NCBI GenBank assembly: GCA_964035545.1
Contig: OZ037772.1
Location: 2,232,001-2,296,000 of the forward strand
Length of the DNA: 64,000 nucleotides
Source: Bugula neritina
Lineage: Eukaryota > Animalia > Bryozoa
Direction of reading: 5' to 3'
Part shown: positions 1-14,742 of the stretch, piece after piece
Position numbering within the stretch: the first letter of the stretch is position 1
How the letters are laid out: every line of letters begins with the position of its first letter
Translations under genes and position numbers: made by a program
Notes under the pieces: generated by a model
What the model saw: only the letters and a program-made list of their open reading frames with translations
The model's database searches: none
Told to the model about the DNA's origin: nothing

Positions 1-2733
1 ACTTAAATAAAGCAGGCATTGAGCACATAAATAAATCTCGTTGATTTGCATTAACATATTTATTTTACACATTTTTTGCTTCTTGTTTGAACAGATATTT
101 TATTGATGAATATTCATTAATTAAAGATAATGTTTATTAATAATATATTACTGCTTTTTGTCCCACACAAATCTATGAAAATTAGAGTATTATTCCAGAT
201 AATTCATGTTAGCTAATATAGCTATTAGCATTTTAGCTATTTAGCAATCAATACAACAGTTATATAGGTATACATATATTTATATATATAAGTATATTAC
301 TAGATAATTATATAGCACTAAAATAAAAAATAGCTTCTAACTGGGAATCATTCAAGTGGGAAATTTAGCCTATCATCTAACTGCGATGCAACCGATAGGT
401 CGTTTTGCACACATCAATATAAATTAACCAAAATACATATTTTTAAATTTTTTTATTATTAATTGATGTAGGAGACTACGAGCCATACAGTACTTGTCAC
501 AAGTAACTTGAACATTTCATAATAGATGATAGATTAATATACACCACTGATCAAAATTAAACCAAAAAATAGTACTAGTAGTGTGTTCAATTAAAACAAA
601 GATTACCTTATTTATCATAATCGTTACAGATAAATTAATGTAAAATATTGATCAATAAGTAACATGGGAAGTGTTATAGATACATGCTTAGATGCAATAA
701 ATAAGGAAACTAGTATCATTCAATTGGTTATCCAACGAATTAATCCATTTTCTATAAATTGCGTACGAAATAGACGGCAGTTTGTGTAAAAAGCAGCATA
801 TATTGATAATGGTAATAATGATTGGTAACCACGTGCGTTATAATTATATTGATAAATTGACATCCGAAAATATAATAATATTATTATATTGATTATATTA
901 TTAGAATTATAACCAAGAATATTAAGTAGTACTATCAGGCATCAGCATCATTATGATTATCAATATAACTTATAGTTATAATCATAGGGCAAGAACGACA
1001 GCCACCTTAACCACAACAACCTGACCACAAATCTAATAGTTAGCACAAGGCAGATGGGTAATGCCTACTGATGTATGTCACCCAAACATAAATAGGAAGT
1101 TGATGAGGTCAATAGTTATTTATAGTGGGCAACACACAACTAGTTACAGTGATAATCTAAATCATAATGAATTTATGATGATGAATTGAAATAAAAAATA
1201 CAATATCATTATCAATTTCTGTGAATTTGAATATCACCATCACCGTGAACTTGTTTATCATTATCACCATGACTATGAGTATGACTATGAGTATCAGTAT
1301 CAGTATGACTACAAAACTAATTGGTTATTTGTTAATTAGTCTATTAATATAAATATCACTATCAGTATCACTGTGAGTGTGACTGTGAGTATCAGTACGA
1401 TTCAGATTGTGATAGTTATAGTGACACTGACTGTGACAAGCATACAACTGTTTACGTTTCACTTCTGGTATGTAATCTTTCATACTCATACTCATACTGA
1501 TACTCATACTGATACTCGAAGTCAGTTAATATTCAAATTGACATAGTAATAGTTTAACTTTAGGTTTAAGCGATATTCATATTGAGTTATTTATACTCAT
1601 ATTGAATTTGATATTTATATTTTATATAATACAGATATTGATAATGATATGGCATGTGCTAAGCCTAATGCTGAGTAATGCATATTCTCATTCTGATATT
1701 GAATTTGATTATCATTATGATATGCATATTCATATTGATATTCATATTGGATTTGATGTATTGCAAAAACAATTGTCATGGCTTTCAGCCATCAATACGT
1801 CGCTTTTAAACTAATAATTATAAAGATTAAATTAAATAAGAATTTCATTAAGATTTCAAGTAAAAAACTTAAATTAAACTAAACTAAATCAAATTAGTTG
1901 GAGTGATGGAGTGAGCGTCCAGATTTTAAGCACTAGGGAATTGCTATAAGCAGCACGAAATAGGTGTCGTTAAATGCTGAGCTGTGCAAATTCCAGACGC
2001 CAACTACAAACTTTCGACTACTGCACTCAGTGATTATGTATTTTGTGCTGCGTCAAGCGTTGTTCAAATAACAAAAGTGACTTGCTTCGCTGTCCCATAT
2101 TTTGGCCAATAAAGCTCTTCAGTGCAAAGTCAAGGGTCATCATAGGGTCGCAAAGTAGATCGTAGTAAATCGTACTCACCGACAACTGATTATAAGAAAT
2201 CTCAAACTCTACCAAATTTAATAGTTGTATATAAATTTCTAATCAACTCCAGGCTTATTCCCTGCAAATCGTCAAACGAAATTAAATTGAAATTGGAACT
2301 GGTTTGAAATTACCAGATCTTGTGCTGTAGTAGTACTAGTGTAATGATTTAAATTATCAAATATGGAAAGATTTAGATTATTCGTTATCGTTATCACTCA
2401 TATCAGTATCACTCAATCTCATCACATCACTCATCACCATCACTATGACAATGATAATCATATTGATTCATGATTATGATAATCATAATTATTAGTTATT
2501 TTTTTAACTTTATAATCGTATGGATAATGATAATTATAATGAGTTTATACTTACAGTTTGCACTCATACTGATACTGATAGTGATACTCATGGTCATACT
2601 CATACTGATACATTAACTCATAGTATCAGACATCAGTGATACATATACTTATAGTTATAGTATACTCATAGACTTACAGTTAGAGTGATAGTGATACTCA
2701 TACTGAATCTGGTACTCATAATCATACTGATAG

Positions 2734-2840
2734 CAGGGTTAGGGTCAATTATATATGAATGTAATTAATTACAATTACAAGATAATTTGTCAATTACAAT
2801 TATAATTACCGTTGAAATAAATGTGAATAATTATAATTAC
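2734..2840 (+). mobile_element. 5' fragment of the hAT MITE family found intact at 43472-43977
   Basis: CAGGGTTAGGGTCAATTATATATGAATGTAATTAATTACAATTACAAG... aligns by eye with the start of the 43472 element. Confidence 0.7.
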
Positions 2841-5422
2841 TGCTGCTGCCTACTATGCTCAGTTATAACTTACAGTTATGTGTCACCTAATATAAACATG
2901 TGTAAAACTCATGCAGGCACTTTGTTTTTAGACTATTATTAGTGCTATAATATCTTTTACTATGTTTAATAACTTTAGAAATAAGTCAAAGAAAGAAACT
3001 AACTGAAAAAGTAAGTAGGCGTCATAGGGTCTCAACAACCACCATGTTTTAATATTGTGAATAAAATGTAACTGCAGGTGAATAACAATTCCAATTGTAA
3101 TTTGATGTACTCACATTATTTTAATTCTAATTTTAATTGTTATAACATATGGAGTTAAATTTAAATAATTTTGCCTCGATTTAATAAACAGCCATAGGAA
3201 TATTCTAGCTCAGTTTATATTACCTAATAGTAAAGTAACTTATTGCAGTTCATATACTTATTCATTTTTCCCTAATCAATTTTTGACTTGGACAATGTTT
3301 AAAAGTAGGACTATGTCTGATTTCAGTCACCTAATTGGATTGATGCTCATAGCATTTACAATGCTAATATGCATATAGTTACATATATTAATTTGTGAAA
3401 AGTGGTTGGTTGGGTGAAATTAAATAAACTACTAGTGATTTCATTTAGCTGTGCATTTACTATTCGAATAATTTAGTTTTGTTTGCTTAACATTGTGTCG
3501 CCCCTTTCTTGATTTGTACCTGTTGTGCTGCTTTTGAACCATCTTGCTGCAGCATATTATGTTGATTATGTGTAGTATCCACATCTAATTTTAATGAGTA
3601 ATTTACAAGGTATCTCACGATATTTATTTGTCAGCTTTATGAATCTCTCTTAATGGTATTATACAGAACTGACAATTGATTCAGGCTGTTATAGTGGGTT
3701 TGCTAGTTGCTGTAGTTAGAATTGTTGAGAGAAACTCCATTCTAACATTGCCTAAAAGTCTCCTACTGCCTTAGGTTTTTATTTCATGTGAAAACCAGTA
3801 GTTTACTAGTGCAAGTGTGTGTATGTGCATGCATATAATTATGTAAATGAAGCACCATTATCAGCATGCATTTTTATTGTTATTTGGTACTTTCATATTA
3901 AAATAGTTGTGGAAAATATAACAGTATTAAAATGTATTGCTGTCATGCTTTATCTAAGCTATTGTTGTGGGCCATATTTTGTATATATCGGTTGTTTCAA
4001 CCCAAAATAAATGGCTGTCTTGAAATTATTGGCAATTATAAAGAGATCTTTTGCAATGTACAGTTCGTTTAGTTTATAGTAAAATTAAAATACATAGTTT
4101 TAGGGTATCACGATTTTAATTAAATTCCAATTAAAATAGTTTGACTTGTGTGCACTATTTAAAAGACAGATAACTCCCACTTGACATGCAAGAATGCTTG
4201 ATTTTAAAACTTTCTGTTTTAATTAAGAATTGGCCAACAAAAGTGTTAGTGGTCGTAATTATACACTGAAAGTAGAAAGCTTGGGTCATGAATTACAAAT
4301 TGAATATTCAATAAGCATAAATATCACATGCCCTTTTCGTTGTACTATTAACTATTTCAAGGTGAATGATTGTTGCTGCAACTGCTTCATCATGCTGATA
4401 GATGTATTTAAAAATTTCCCCTAAAGGTTTTATTAGAGTAGTAATTTTTCTGGTTGGGCAACCACTTTTATATACTGGTTTTATTTAAAGGATAGGTTTT
4501 GCATTTGTCTTTTCAGGTAGACTTTGAGAGAACAACTCCATGTTGCCTGTTAACTGTTTTCTACCAAGAGAAAAAACATCTGTTAAATTCTAGAAGTTTG
4601 ATGTGGAAAGAATATTATATGCTGTGGAAAAAGACCTTTTAATAGCAATAAACTTATGCTGTGATTTGTTTTCAGTGGTAGTTTATATACACTCTTGTAG
4701 ATAATCAGTGTACTATAGTGAGACAACTCCAAAATCTTATGCATTGGACAGTCTAGTAGAATAGAGTCATATTTTTAAACAATTGATGTATTGTCATTGT
4801 GTCTGTTGCAGTAGCTTTTTTACGAAATAAAGTGCAATCCTAGATAGATATTGGCTCTAGATCTATATAAAATAGTAGCCAGTTGAATGCAGGCTGTAAA
4901 ACACATAGCAGCATTTAATATTTAATATGTTGTGTACCTTTGCGGAGGTATTTAATATATTAAGGCTTGCTCAGCAAAGTTAATTGTAAAACAAATTAAC
5001 AATTAGCTGTTAATGCATTATCCTCAGTGTTCTGTGTTTTGGAAAGTATTAATGGCAAGATATAGGCTAGACAAGCAATTTAATAAATAAGGTGTGTCTA
5101 TGGGAGTTGTCTTCTCAGAGATGCTGTTTCCATGCTTACTACAGTAGCCATAACAACATGCATGCATAGACTGCACACGTTAAATTTGAGAAATTTGATT
5201 TGTTGAAAGCAGTGACTTGAGCGGGTCAACATTTATGAAAAATTCTCTTGGACAGCTTTTGTCCTATTGCTTCAACTCTCAGGGCCCAATCAGCTGAAGA
5301 CAGCTTGGCCTGATCAGGACAGGGTGGGTTAGCACGTCCAGTGGTCTGTTTGAGTCCTATCTCCTAAAAATTCTTCAGCCAAATGAGCTGAAAAGACCGA
5401 CTGATGCACTGGGGACACTAGA

Positions 5423-5760
5423 GTAATTATGACTGGATGGTCTTCCTAACATCACCAATAGCCTTTACTGGGGTTCGAACCTGTGACTTTGTGTTTACTA
5501 AACCAGCGCTCTAACCTCTAGCCCACAGCTACTCCATCTTTTTGTTTGTTTGTTTTTATTTATGTTGACCTTGTGAAGCAGGAGCAATTGTTACTGGATG
5601 CTCTTTCTCACATCACTGTCTGTGTTTGAACTCCAACCACTGACCTTATGTTTACTAGGCCAGCATTTTACTCAGTACACCACAGCTGTCCTTTTTATAG
5701 ATCTATCTTCATTATGGACAAAATTATGACTGGGGGCTCTTCAAACATCACCAATAGTGT
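5423..5760 (-). mobile_element. Cluster of tRNA-derived SINE copies (about 5423-5535, 5580-5690, partial 5724-5760)
   Basis: The minus strand shows an A-box-like TGGGCTAGAGG and a B-box GGTTCGAACC. The body 'aattatgactggatg.tcttc..aacatcacca' is shared with copies at about 14635-14742 and 48275-48380. Confidence 0.65.
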
Positions 5761-5855
5761 TTGGTTTTAAAACACTCACACTACTACGCATGGTCCTTTT
5801 TGTAGATCTACCTCTATCACAGACACTGTTTATTGTTTCACTGTCGATTTATTAA

Positions 5856-6866
<1,011 letters not shown>

Positions 6867-7444
6867 GTAAGTGCAGATTCATACTATAAGCCAGAAAATT
6901 AATTCAACTAAAAATATTTTTTATCAATATGATTAGCGTACAGGGTAACATGAGGTTTTGTCAAGGCAGTGACAGTAGGCATGTTTACTGTGATGCTTTG
7001 TCTGCACAACGATCTTACACATCTGCAGTCTAGTCTGAGCACAACCACTGTTGTAATTCAAAGTAATAAAACACATCTAAGTGCTATGTATATTAGTTGT
7101 GTATATGAACCTGGTGGTGTTTAAGTATTAGAATAACCTGTAAGATATTGTGGAACGCACTTGCTCATGCGAAATTCTTCTTTAGTTACATGTGTGATGC
7201 AATTGTGTATGAAACTCATCAATTAACATTTCTAATTTACTTACTAAATTGCTACAGCGTAGTATTTTTGATTTTATAGCAATTGTGAAATGCATTAGGA
7301 GGGAAACTCTACTTGATTCTATCCAATGACATGGGTGATAAAATTGTTTATGAAACTGATAGATTAGTGTTTGTAGTTTATTTACTATGCTAGTTTAGTG
7401 TAATATTTTTAATCTTGAATGATTTCCTGTTATCATGTCTGTAG

Positions 7445-10400
7445 GTAGACTGAGTTATTATCGGTGGTGATCACTATTTCCGCTTTAATCACCCCGCCGG
7501 CGTTGACCCATCTAAACGCAAGTCCTCCGGCATTCCTAAGGACTTCCTGTTTGCCAGAATGATCGGTAAGCCTGTTTTTTGTGTACAGTCATGTCTTCAT
7601 TAGTATTCCCCAAGCATATTGGTCGTTTGATGTGTATATATTAATGTTCCCACGCACATTGGTCATCACTCGGCATATATGTTTAGTTATCATTGTATAC
7701 TTCAATGTTATGATGACTTATATATTATGGTATTATTATACTTTCACTGTAACTACACAGTCAGTGATTGAAATGTTTTTGCTGAGAATATTTCTAAATA
7801 CTCCGTTGCAGGTAAAGCAGCGCACACACACTGCCGTGCTGACGGACTCTTTACCTACCATCTCCTCGGCCCAGCGCTTTCTCTCCAGTCTGCAGGACTC
7901 AAACACCTAAAAAGAGGCAAAGAGGAAGTGGCTGTGAAAAGCCTAGCTTCAGTTCCTAGTGGTGAGCTTTAGTTAGTAGGGGTCAGTAATTTGGTGTCTC
8001 GATACCCACTAATGGATTATGGTGAATCTATACTCAATCTAGATCTGTAAGAGAGAAAGGGTTGTGTTGTTTTCACTCATAGTTTTCATCTCCTTCAGCA
8101 TTGTTGTGGAAGCGATTAAAAAATAAATTTGAGTTTTTACAACATTTATTTACGATTGTTGATTGCAAAGGCGTAGTCTCTCATAGTGTGGTTTTAGAAA
8201 TTTCAGAAGTTTCAGCTTTAATTATCTGTATTCATCACAGCGCCATTATTTTGATTTCTTTTTCATTTTTATGACTGCCTTTAAAACTCAATATTGCATT
8301 CTATAGCAATATTAAAAATTAATATCAGTCACTTGGTAACCCTTTGAGCTCTACACTTGCTGAACCTGAAAAATCAACATACAGAATTACACAGCTCATT
8401 GTTTTATTTTCAGAGTTATGTTCTCCTGACTGCATTTCCAGTTTATGTGTTTAATTTATATATATTATAGGAGAAAGGGTGAAGTTTGTCTATATGGTTA
8501 TTTTGATTGTGTTTTTGAGAGCTTTTTCCAGTTTATAATTGCTAAGTCTCTGCTAATCATGCTTTCCCCCACCCCACCCCCCCCCCCCCGCCAGCGGTAT
8601 GTTGCTATGACATGAACTAGGCATGGCATGGTTTCCTTGAGAGGCTGTTGAAGATAATAAATTTGCTAGATTTGGTGTATGCTTGACCTCTGACCCTTCA
8701 TTGCTAATTACTTTGTTGTGAGAATTTTCTTATTAATCCGCTAGACCTCATCTTCGGTTTTGATTACTTTTCAGTTTTTCCTCCTAAATTAAAATATCTC
8801 TTTTATATTTTTCCACCATGAGTTGTAACGTATGATAAGAGAACTACATGATAAAATAACCCAGTATAATGTTAGTCTGATTTGCTCCTATTTTTTGTAG
8901 AGCGGGGTAAAACTGACCTTTATAAGGTCGCTCTTCTTATAAGGGAAGGCAATGAACTGAGTCAACTCAAGTCAATGCTTACAGTAAGTTATCTGTTTTC
9001 AAAGAGTAGACAACTCCTGTATAATACTTGCATTGTTCATAGTGTCCACATCAGCATTACCCACAGTATCTACTTAAGAAATTATCTTTCTCTGTGCATG
9101 CCTTGTGTCTGCCATAATTAAAGCATGTACCAGATGATATTGAAAATATGCATCTTTATTTTAGTTTTTTAATTATCGTGTGTAAAAGATTTTTTTTCAC
9201 AAAAATTATGTGATCTGTACTTTCTAGCCAGCTATTGATAAAATTGTTTATTTTGAATTTTGCCTTTGATTGTGTCAATAATACACACACGCACACGCAC
9301 GCACACTCACATTATCCACACACACACATACACTTGTTTATTTATTTATATCAATTTATAAATTTTTATGTAAATATTTTACACACCATGTGTCTGTCTG
9401 TTCTAGGTATTTGAACAGGAAGAAGTGGACAATGTTATGGTTGTCAAGGTAACGGATAAACAACTCAATAGATACACACACCTCACTGTGTCCAAGTTTG
9501 AGGAGAGACTAGCAGACATGCGAGAGTTACTTCACAGTAACACAGCTCATGAGGAGTGTCTGGCTGTCTTCTCCAACCCAGGTGACAGTTGGAAGAGTTC
9601 CTTGACCTCCCTCAATCAGCAGGTTACCAGGTAATCTAGCTACTAAGGCTAAGTATGATCTGCACTATAACAGTTCCACTAACTACTCCTCGCATCTGCC
9701 TAAGAATCTTATAGTTTAGTTTTGTTGGCCTAATCACTGGGATAAATCTAGTGTTTACATGTTAGGGCTGGCTCGATCACCAATTTAAGTTCAATTTTTG
9801 TCAGTGGAGTTTTTCTGGGACTATGTTTTATACTTTATAACATTGATTTGAGAAAATAGTTAATTAAATTGCCAACAACATAACGTCTTTGCTATTTGAT
9901 AATTCAAATAATTTTATGTCGTTTACTTTCTACTGATTTCATTCAATTTCCAGTACAAATGAGTGAAATATTGTTGGCATTTATTTGACATTTATCAACT
10001 TCCACCACGTATGAGTAGAGCAGCTCTATCTCTTTGTTTCTCTATTGACAGTCTGAGCGAGATTCTTAGCTCTGAGAATAAACTCACTTCTATGGAGTTA
10101 GTCTTCAACTCTGCTTCAGCCAATCAACAGTCTCCATCTATGAAGGTCAGAGGCAGGTCAAGGTCAAAGCTTATGTCTTCCAGTACCATGTTCTCCATGT
10201 GCAAGGATTTCGTCTCCTACAGTCTACAAAAAATAAAGGTATTCGGTTACTTTTTCTGTTTTTTGTCTTCACTCAATTGTTTGTCACCCTTTTTACAAAA
10301 ATTTCAATTATTGAAGCAGTTCACTACCTTATGTTTGAGACGTCTGTGAGGCACATGAGAGCTGAGTGTGCCTGCAACAGTAGCAGTAGTTTTACTACTA

Positions 10401-11807
10401 AAATCATTAATTAAGTCGGATTATTTTAACACTAACCTAGTTTCGGCTGTTTTGGAATAATCTCCTCTCATATAAATTCTCAGAGACTATTCTGTTAGTC
10501 CACTCTTATCTCATACGTGTAGCTCTGTACTGTTTATAGCAACCAATGTAGGGAGCAGGAAGGTGTTTGACTGCATACTGCAGCAGTGTGAGTTGTGTAG
10601 AATCTCTGCTGGCAGCATTCTGGAGAGCTACAAGGCAGCGTCAGCAGGTGAGTCCTAATTTCTTTTCAAACCCAAAACTTAATTAAAAACTTTTCCACCC
10701 GCTAGCGTGCTACCATTACACCACAGGGTAGACTCAATATTACAGTTAGAGCTGCAAATTCGATTGTAAGCAGTATTTTGCAGGTGTTGTGTTATTTTAT
10801 GTTGCAAGGTATTTGTATTTTAATTGCTATTATCAGTTGAACATATTCATGTGCATATGTAACACGTTTTATCTGAAAGGAAAAGAACTATCTGCAACTT
10901 TAGCTCTCTTAGCAACTAAAATTAATGAATGTAAATAACACTTTCTTTGTTTAGAATAGCATTCCACTGAACAGTGTACATATAAAAGGTAGAACCCAAC
11001 TGACTTCAAAAATATTGAAATTTTTAGGATGGGAATATAAAAGTATTTTGTTCAACTTCTGTTATACATGTGTGTGTGTTGTAATGTAGTAATGTAAAGC
11101 CTATGTTCCCAAGATGCTGTTTCTCAATAAGTTCATATAATAATGTAAGATTTGTTGCTCAAAACTATCACTATTCTGTATTGTGATGACAACTCCATTC
11201 AATCACATTACATCGTATTAAATATATCCTCATGATACAAACTAATAGAGCCAGAAGATTCCCAGTGTCAAGAAGCTACAGAGGCATGTTGTCTGCAACT
11301 GGTGACCTCATTGGAGGTGTTGTTGGAACAGTGCCAGCTGTGCTCCAGTATGTGTGATGATATTGACTCGAGCACCTTGCAGACACTGTGCAGAGGATGT
11401 CACAGCTCAGCAATAAGATATCCAGGCTCATCATTCAATTCATGCAGGTGATTGTCCAATGGTTGACATTTTATGTTGGGTAGAAACTAGTTTTTTGCTG
11501 TTTAACTTACAGATGTTGCAGAAAAAGTTAACATATCTCCAATATTTTATGTAGATGTTCAAAGTTTATGCCTTTAATGTTAATGTAAGAATATATGTAA
11601 AAATCTCTGAAATAAAAAGAATTCTGCTCATTTCTTGAGTAATATCTCCATATTTGTTCGCAGGCACTGCTGAGTAACATAGACAAGGCGGTACATGATA
11701 GCACCTGCGGTTTGTTGACAGCTGTGTTGGAGCTTTGCAAACTGTGTGGTGCCATGAGTCTTATGACAGACGCTGCATTGTCTATGCATTCTGACACTTT
11801 CCTGCAG
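7445..11807 (+). pseudogene. KIF14: Kinesin-3 KIF14 remnant (end of FHA domain plus stalk/tail; no motor). Exons 7445-7565, 7812-7961, 8901-8983, 9407-9630, 10052-10238, 10540-10647, 11249-11447, 11664-11807
   Basis: VD*VIIGGDHYFRFNHP...PKDFLFAR matches KIF14 GDRVILGGDHYFRFNHP...PKDFEFAK. LLIREGNELS and VSKFEERLADMRELL...FSNPGDSW match the KIF14 stalk. There is a TGA at 7451, a TAA at 7908 and an apparent frameshift in 11249-11447. Confidence 0.82.
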
Positions 11808-12407
11808 GTAATCTATATGCACAACCTGTCACTCTATTATGACACTTCACAGCAGGTGGAATACACTTGTCCTGCTTTTCATTGTATGCTTTTTTCCTGA
11901 AGTATTCTTGCTGCAAAATTCTATACTCTGAATTTAACATAATTTTAAAAGATAGCTCAATCATAACACTGTATGTGGTTGTCTACAATTATGATATACT
12001 TTTAGTTATGATCAAATTTACATAATTTACATTTTCATTAAGATAAATTTATTATATTCAATTAAAATCTAGTAGCTGCTTATGTTGACATTATTGCTAT
12101 TGTTTATTCACACATTTATACAAGTGTAGCTGTTTTAAGTTATAGCTGGGTTATGCATGAGAAAATTGTGCTTCAAACTACCACAATAATACTTAAATTA
12201 ACTTTAGAAAATTATTTATATACAATTTTTATATATTTACCTGGTAAATCATTTTACGAAGTTTGACCTAGTAAAATATATTATCACCTCTCAGATTCGC
12301 CAGGGAGATAACCCTGGCTGTTTGCCAAAATTTGAATAAAAGTATAATATGTTAGCTTTTTGCAGGTTGTTCAGCTATTCTTTAGCTTTTGTTATATGTT
12401 TTCTTAT

Positions 12408-12750
12408 GAGCGTTAGTAGTTCACTTGCCAGGAAGATATTTGAAAGAGCGTTAGTAGTTCACTTGCAAGGAAGATATTTGAAAGAGCGTTAGTAGTTCAC
12501 TTGCCAGGAAGATATTTGAAAGAGCGTTAGTAGTTCACTTGCAAGGAAGATATTTGAAAGAGCGTTAGTAGTTCACTTGCCAGGAAGATATTTGAAAGAG
12601 CGTTAGTAGTTCACTTGCAAGGGAGATATTTGAAAGAGCGTTAGTAGTTCACTTGCCAGGAAGATATTTGAAAGAGCGTTAGTAGTTCACTTGCAAGGGA
12701 GATATTTGAAAGAGCGTTAGTAGTTCACTTGCAAGGAAGATATTTGAAAG
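12408..12750. repeat. 38-bp minisatellite, about 9 copies (GAGCGTTAGTAGTTCACTTGC[C/A]AGGAAGATATTTGAAA)
   Basis: Directly visible tandem copies with alternating C/A variants. Confidence 0.95.
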
Positions 12751-13886
12751 AACGGTTGTTTGTAAGTGGCATTATAATTTTGAAGGTTATGTATATATGT
12801 ATTTTTGTACAGGAGTAATACTAAGTTCTCTTTAAATTGCAAATGTAGTTTATTTATTTATATTGTTATCTATACTTATAGTTATATACTAATAGTAATA
12901 GTACTATCAAGCAGTAATTCTGACGGTGGCACTGGCAGTGACCCCTTTCACCTTATAGCCATATCCAGCAAGTAAACATTGCATTTTAATTTATTTTTAC
13001 TGTAGTTTATATTATTAGTATTAAGATATCTGTCTATAACTATACTGGGTCAATAGTTTGTATGTTTAGTATTGAGATACCTATTAGTTCCATGCCGGCT
13101 GATTGTGTTTTAAGGGAAGTCTCACAATAAACGAACATGTCGGAAGAGAACCCTGGTGATGCGCCAACTGGCGAGGTCAAGATGAAATCTGAGAAAGAGT
13201 TGAAGAAAGAAGCTGCTGAAGCTGCTAAACTAGCCAAGTTTCAAGCTAAGCAGGCTAAACAGAAGGCAGAGTCTGCCACGACTACTGAGGTGTCTGTTTA
13301 GTTAGTTACAAGTTATATATATACTAAGGTAGGTGCAGTAATGGAGAAATTGAGAAAAGCCTCTGTTATAGATTAGAAATGTAGCATGAGAAGTTGTGTT
13401 CTTGTTAGAATTTCAAGCCGCACCCCAAACCAAAATTTGATAATAACATTAAAGAACCTAGGCTATCTCGATTTCTACACTACTGCTCTTAAATGTATAT
13501 ACTTGTGTTACTTTCTATTCGTATTTATGGTTGTACTTCTACATGAAAGTGTTACTTGAATTTCATATTCGTATTGCGACTGTATGGCTGTACTTTTACC
13601 TGGAAGTTGTCTGTATCTGTAGCTAACAATTTCCATTTTATTTTCTTCAAAATTTGATTTTTTTTTTCTAGAAAAAAGTGAAAGAGAAAAAGGAGAAGGC
13701 TGTAGTAACGTATAACGTGGACACACCAGTTGGCCATAAGAAAGGTTCAGTTCAATTATTCTCTACATTTTATACTCAATTGAGCTCTTCATTCCTTTAC
13801 TTACAAGTTTCAGTTGAAGCACTGATATATCAGTGTACACTGCTCGGTAGTGAACACACAGTTATGTGTGTAAGCAGTTTAAACTG

Positions 13887-14272
13887 AAGTTGCGTTTCTA
13901 TCTTTACTGAAAGGAGTTCAGTGTTTCCCGCCCCTCTATAGTCTTACTTAAAATTGTTGAAATCATATTAATAAGGAAGCTCACTCTGCAATACTCAAAT
14001 ATAACTCGCTTAATCACTATTTGATGCCCTTTGAAAACGTAATAAATTAAGTTGACAGCATAAAAGTGATAATTGAAAAAGACAGCCGATGTAATTATAA
14101 ACATGAATACCCCATATCTGAAGGAGTTATCATTCCCTTTGATTGTTACTCTAAAATTATTTGATTAAGCATGCACAAAGCAAAAATTTTGATGATTGGC
14201 TTTTACAATGAAATGCAACTCATCAAAATTGTATTTCTGACTGAAAATCGTGAAGGTATAAAAACTGCTTTA
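13887..14272 (+). mobile_element. Degenerate copy of the Kolobok-like non-autonomous element at 32394-32841
   Basis: Starts AAGTTGCGTTTCTATC and ends GAAAATCGTGAAGGTATAAAAACTGCTTT, the same termini as the 32394 copy. Confidence 0.55.
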
Positions 14273-14634
14273 GACTGAAGTAATAGGACATGGTAATCCA
14301 ATATCCTACATTTAGGGCTGCCCTACTCATACATTGGATAGCCTCAGATTCAAATACTCCTAACAATCTGCTGTGTATAAGTTATATAAGTTGTAGTAGT
14401 AGTGTCAGGCCACCGTCTTATTTATTCGTCCTGGTTGGTGGTTAGACTATGGGCCATGAATAGATTATTGTATTTATACATGTGTTTATCATATTTGAAC
14501 TGTATGGACCAGTAGAAGACAAGTCTCAACTTAGTATATCTAAATATCAGTGCATAGTCACCATCCTTGTGAGAGACTCCTGGTGGAAAGCATTTTTGTT
14601 AAAACAGGCTAAGGACTTATTTAGATGTGGCAGA

Positions 14635-14742
14635 GGAGCAATTATGACTGGATGCTCTTCTTAACATCACCAGTGGCCTTTGTCAAACAATGGCTTTGTG
14701 TTCACTAGACAAACCCTCTAACCCCTAGACCACAGCTGCTCC
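14635..14742 (-). mobile_element. tRNA-derived SINE copy
   Basis: GGAGCAATTATGACTGGATGCTCTTCTTAACATCACC...CCACAGCTGCTCC, the same family as the 5423 cluster. Confidence 0.6.

Noticed and set aside
5460-5535. tRNA gene
   Set aside because: A/B boxes are present, but I could not form a convincing cloverleaf, and the sequence continues into a body shared by several dispersed copies, so it is a SINE.
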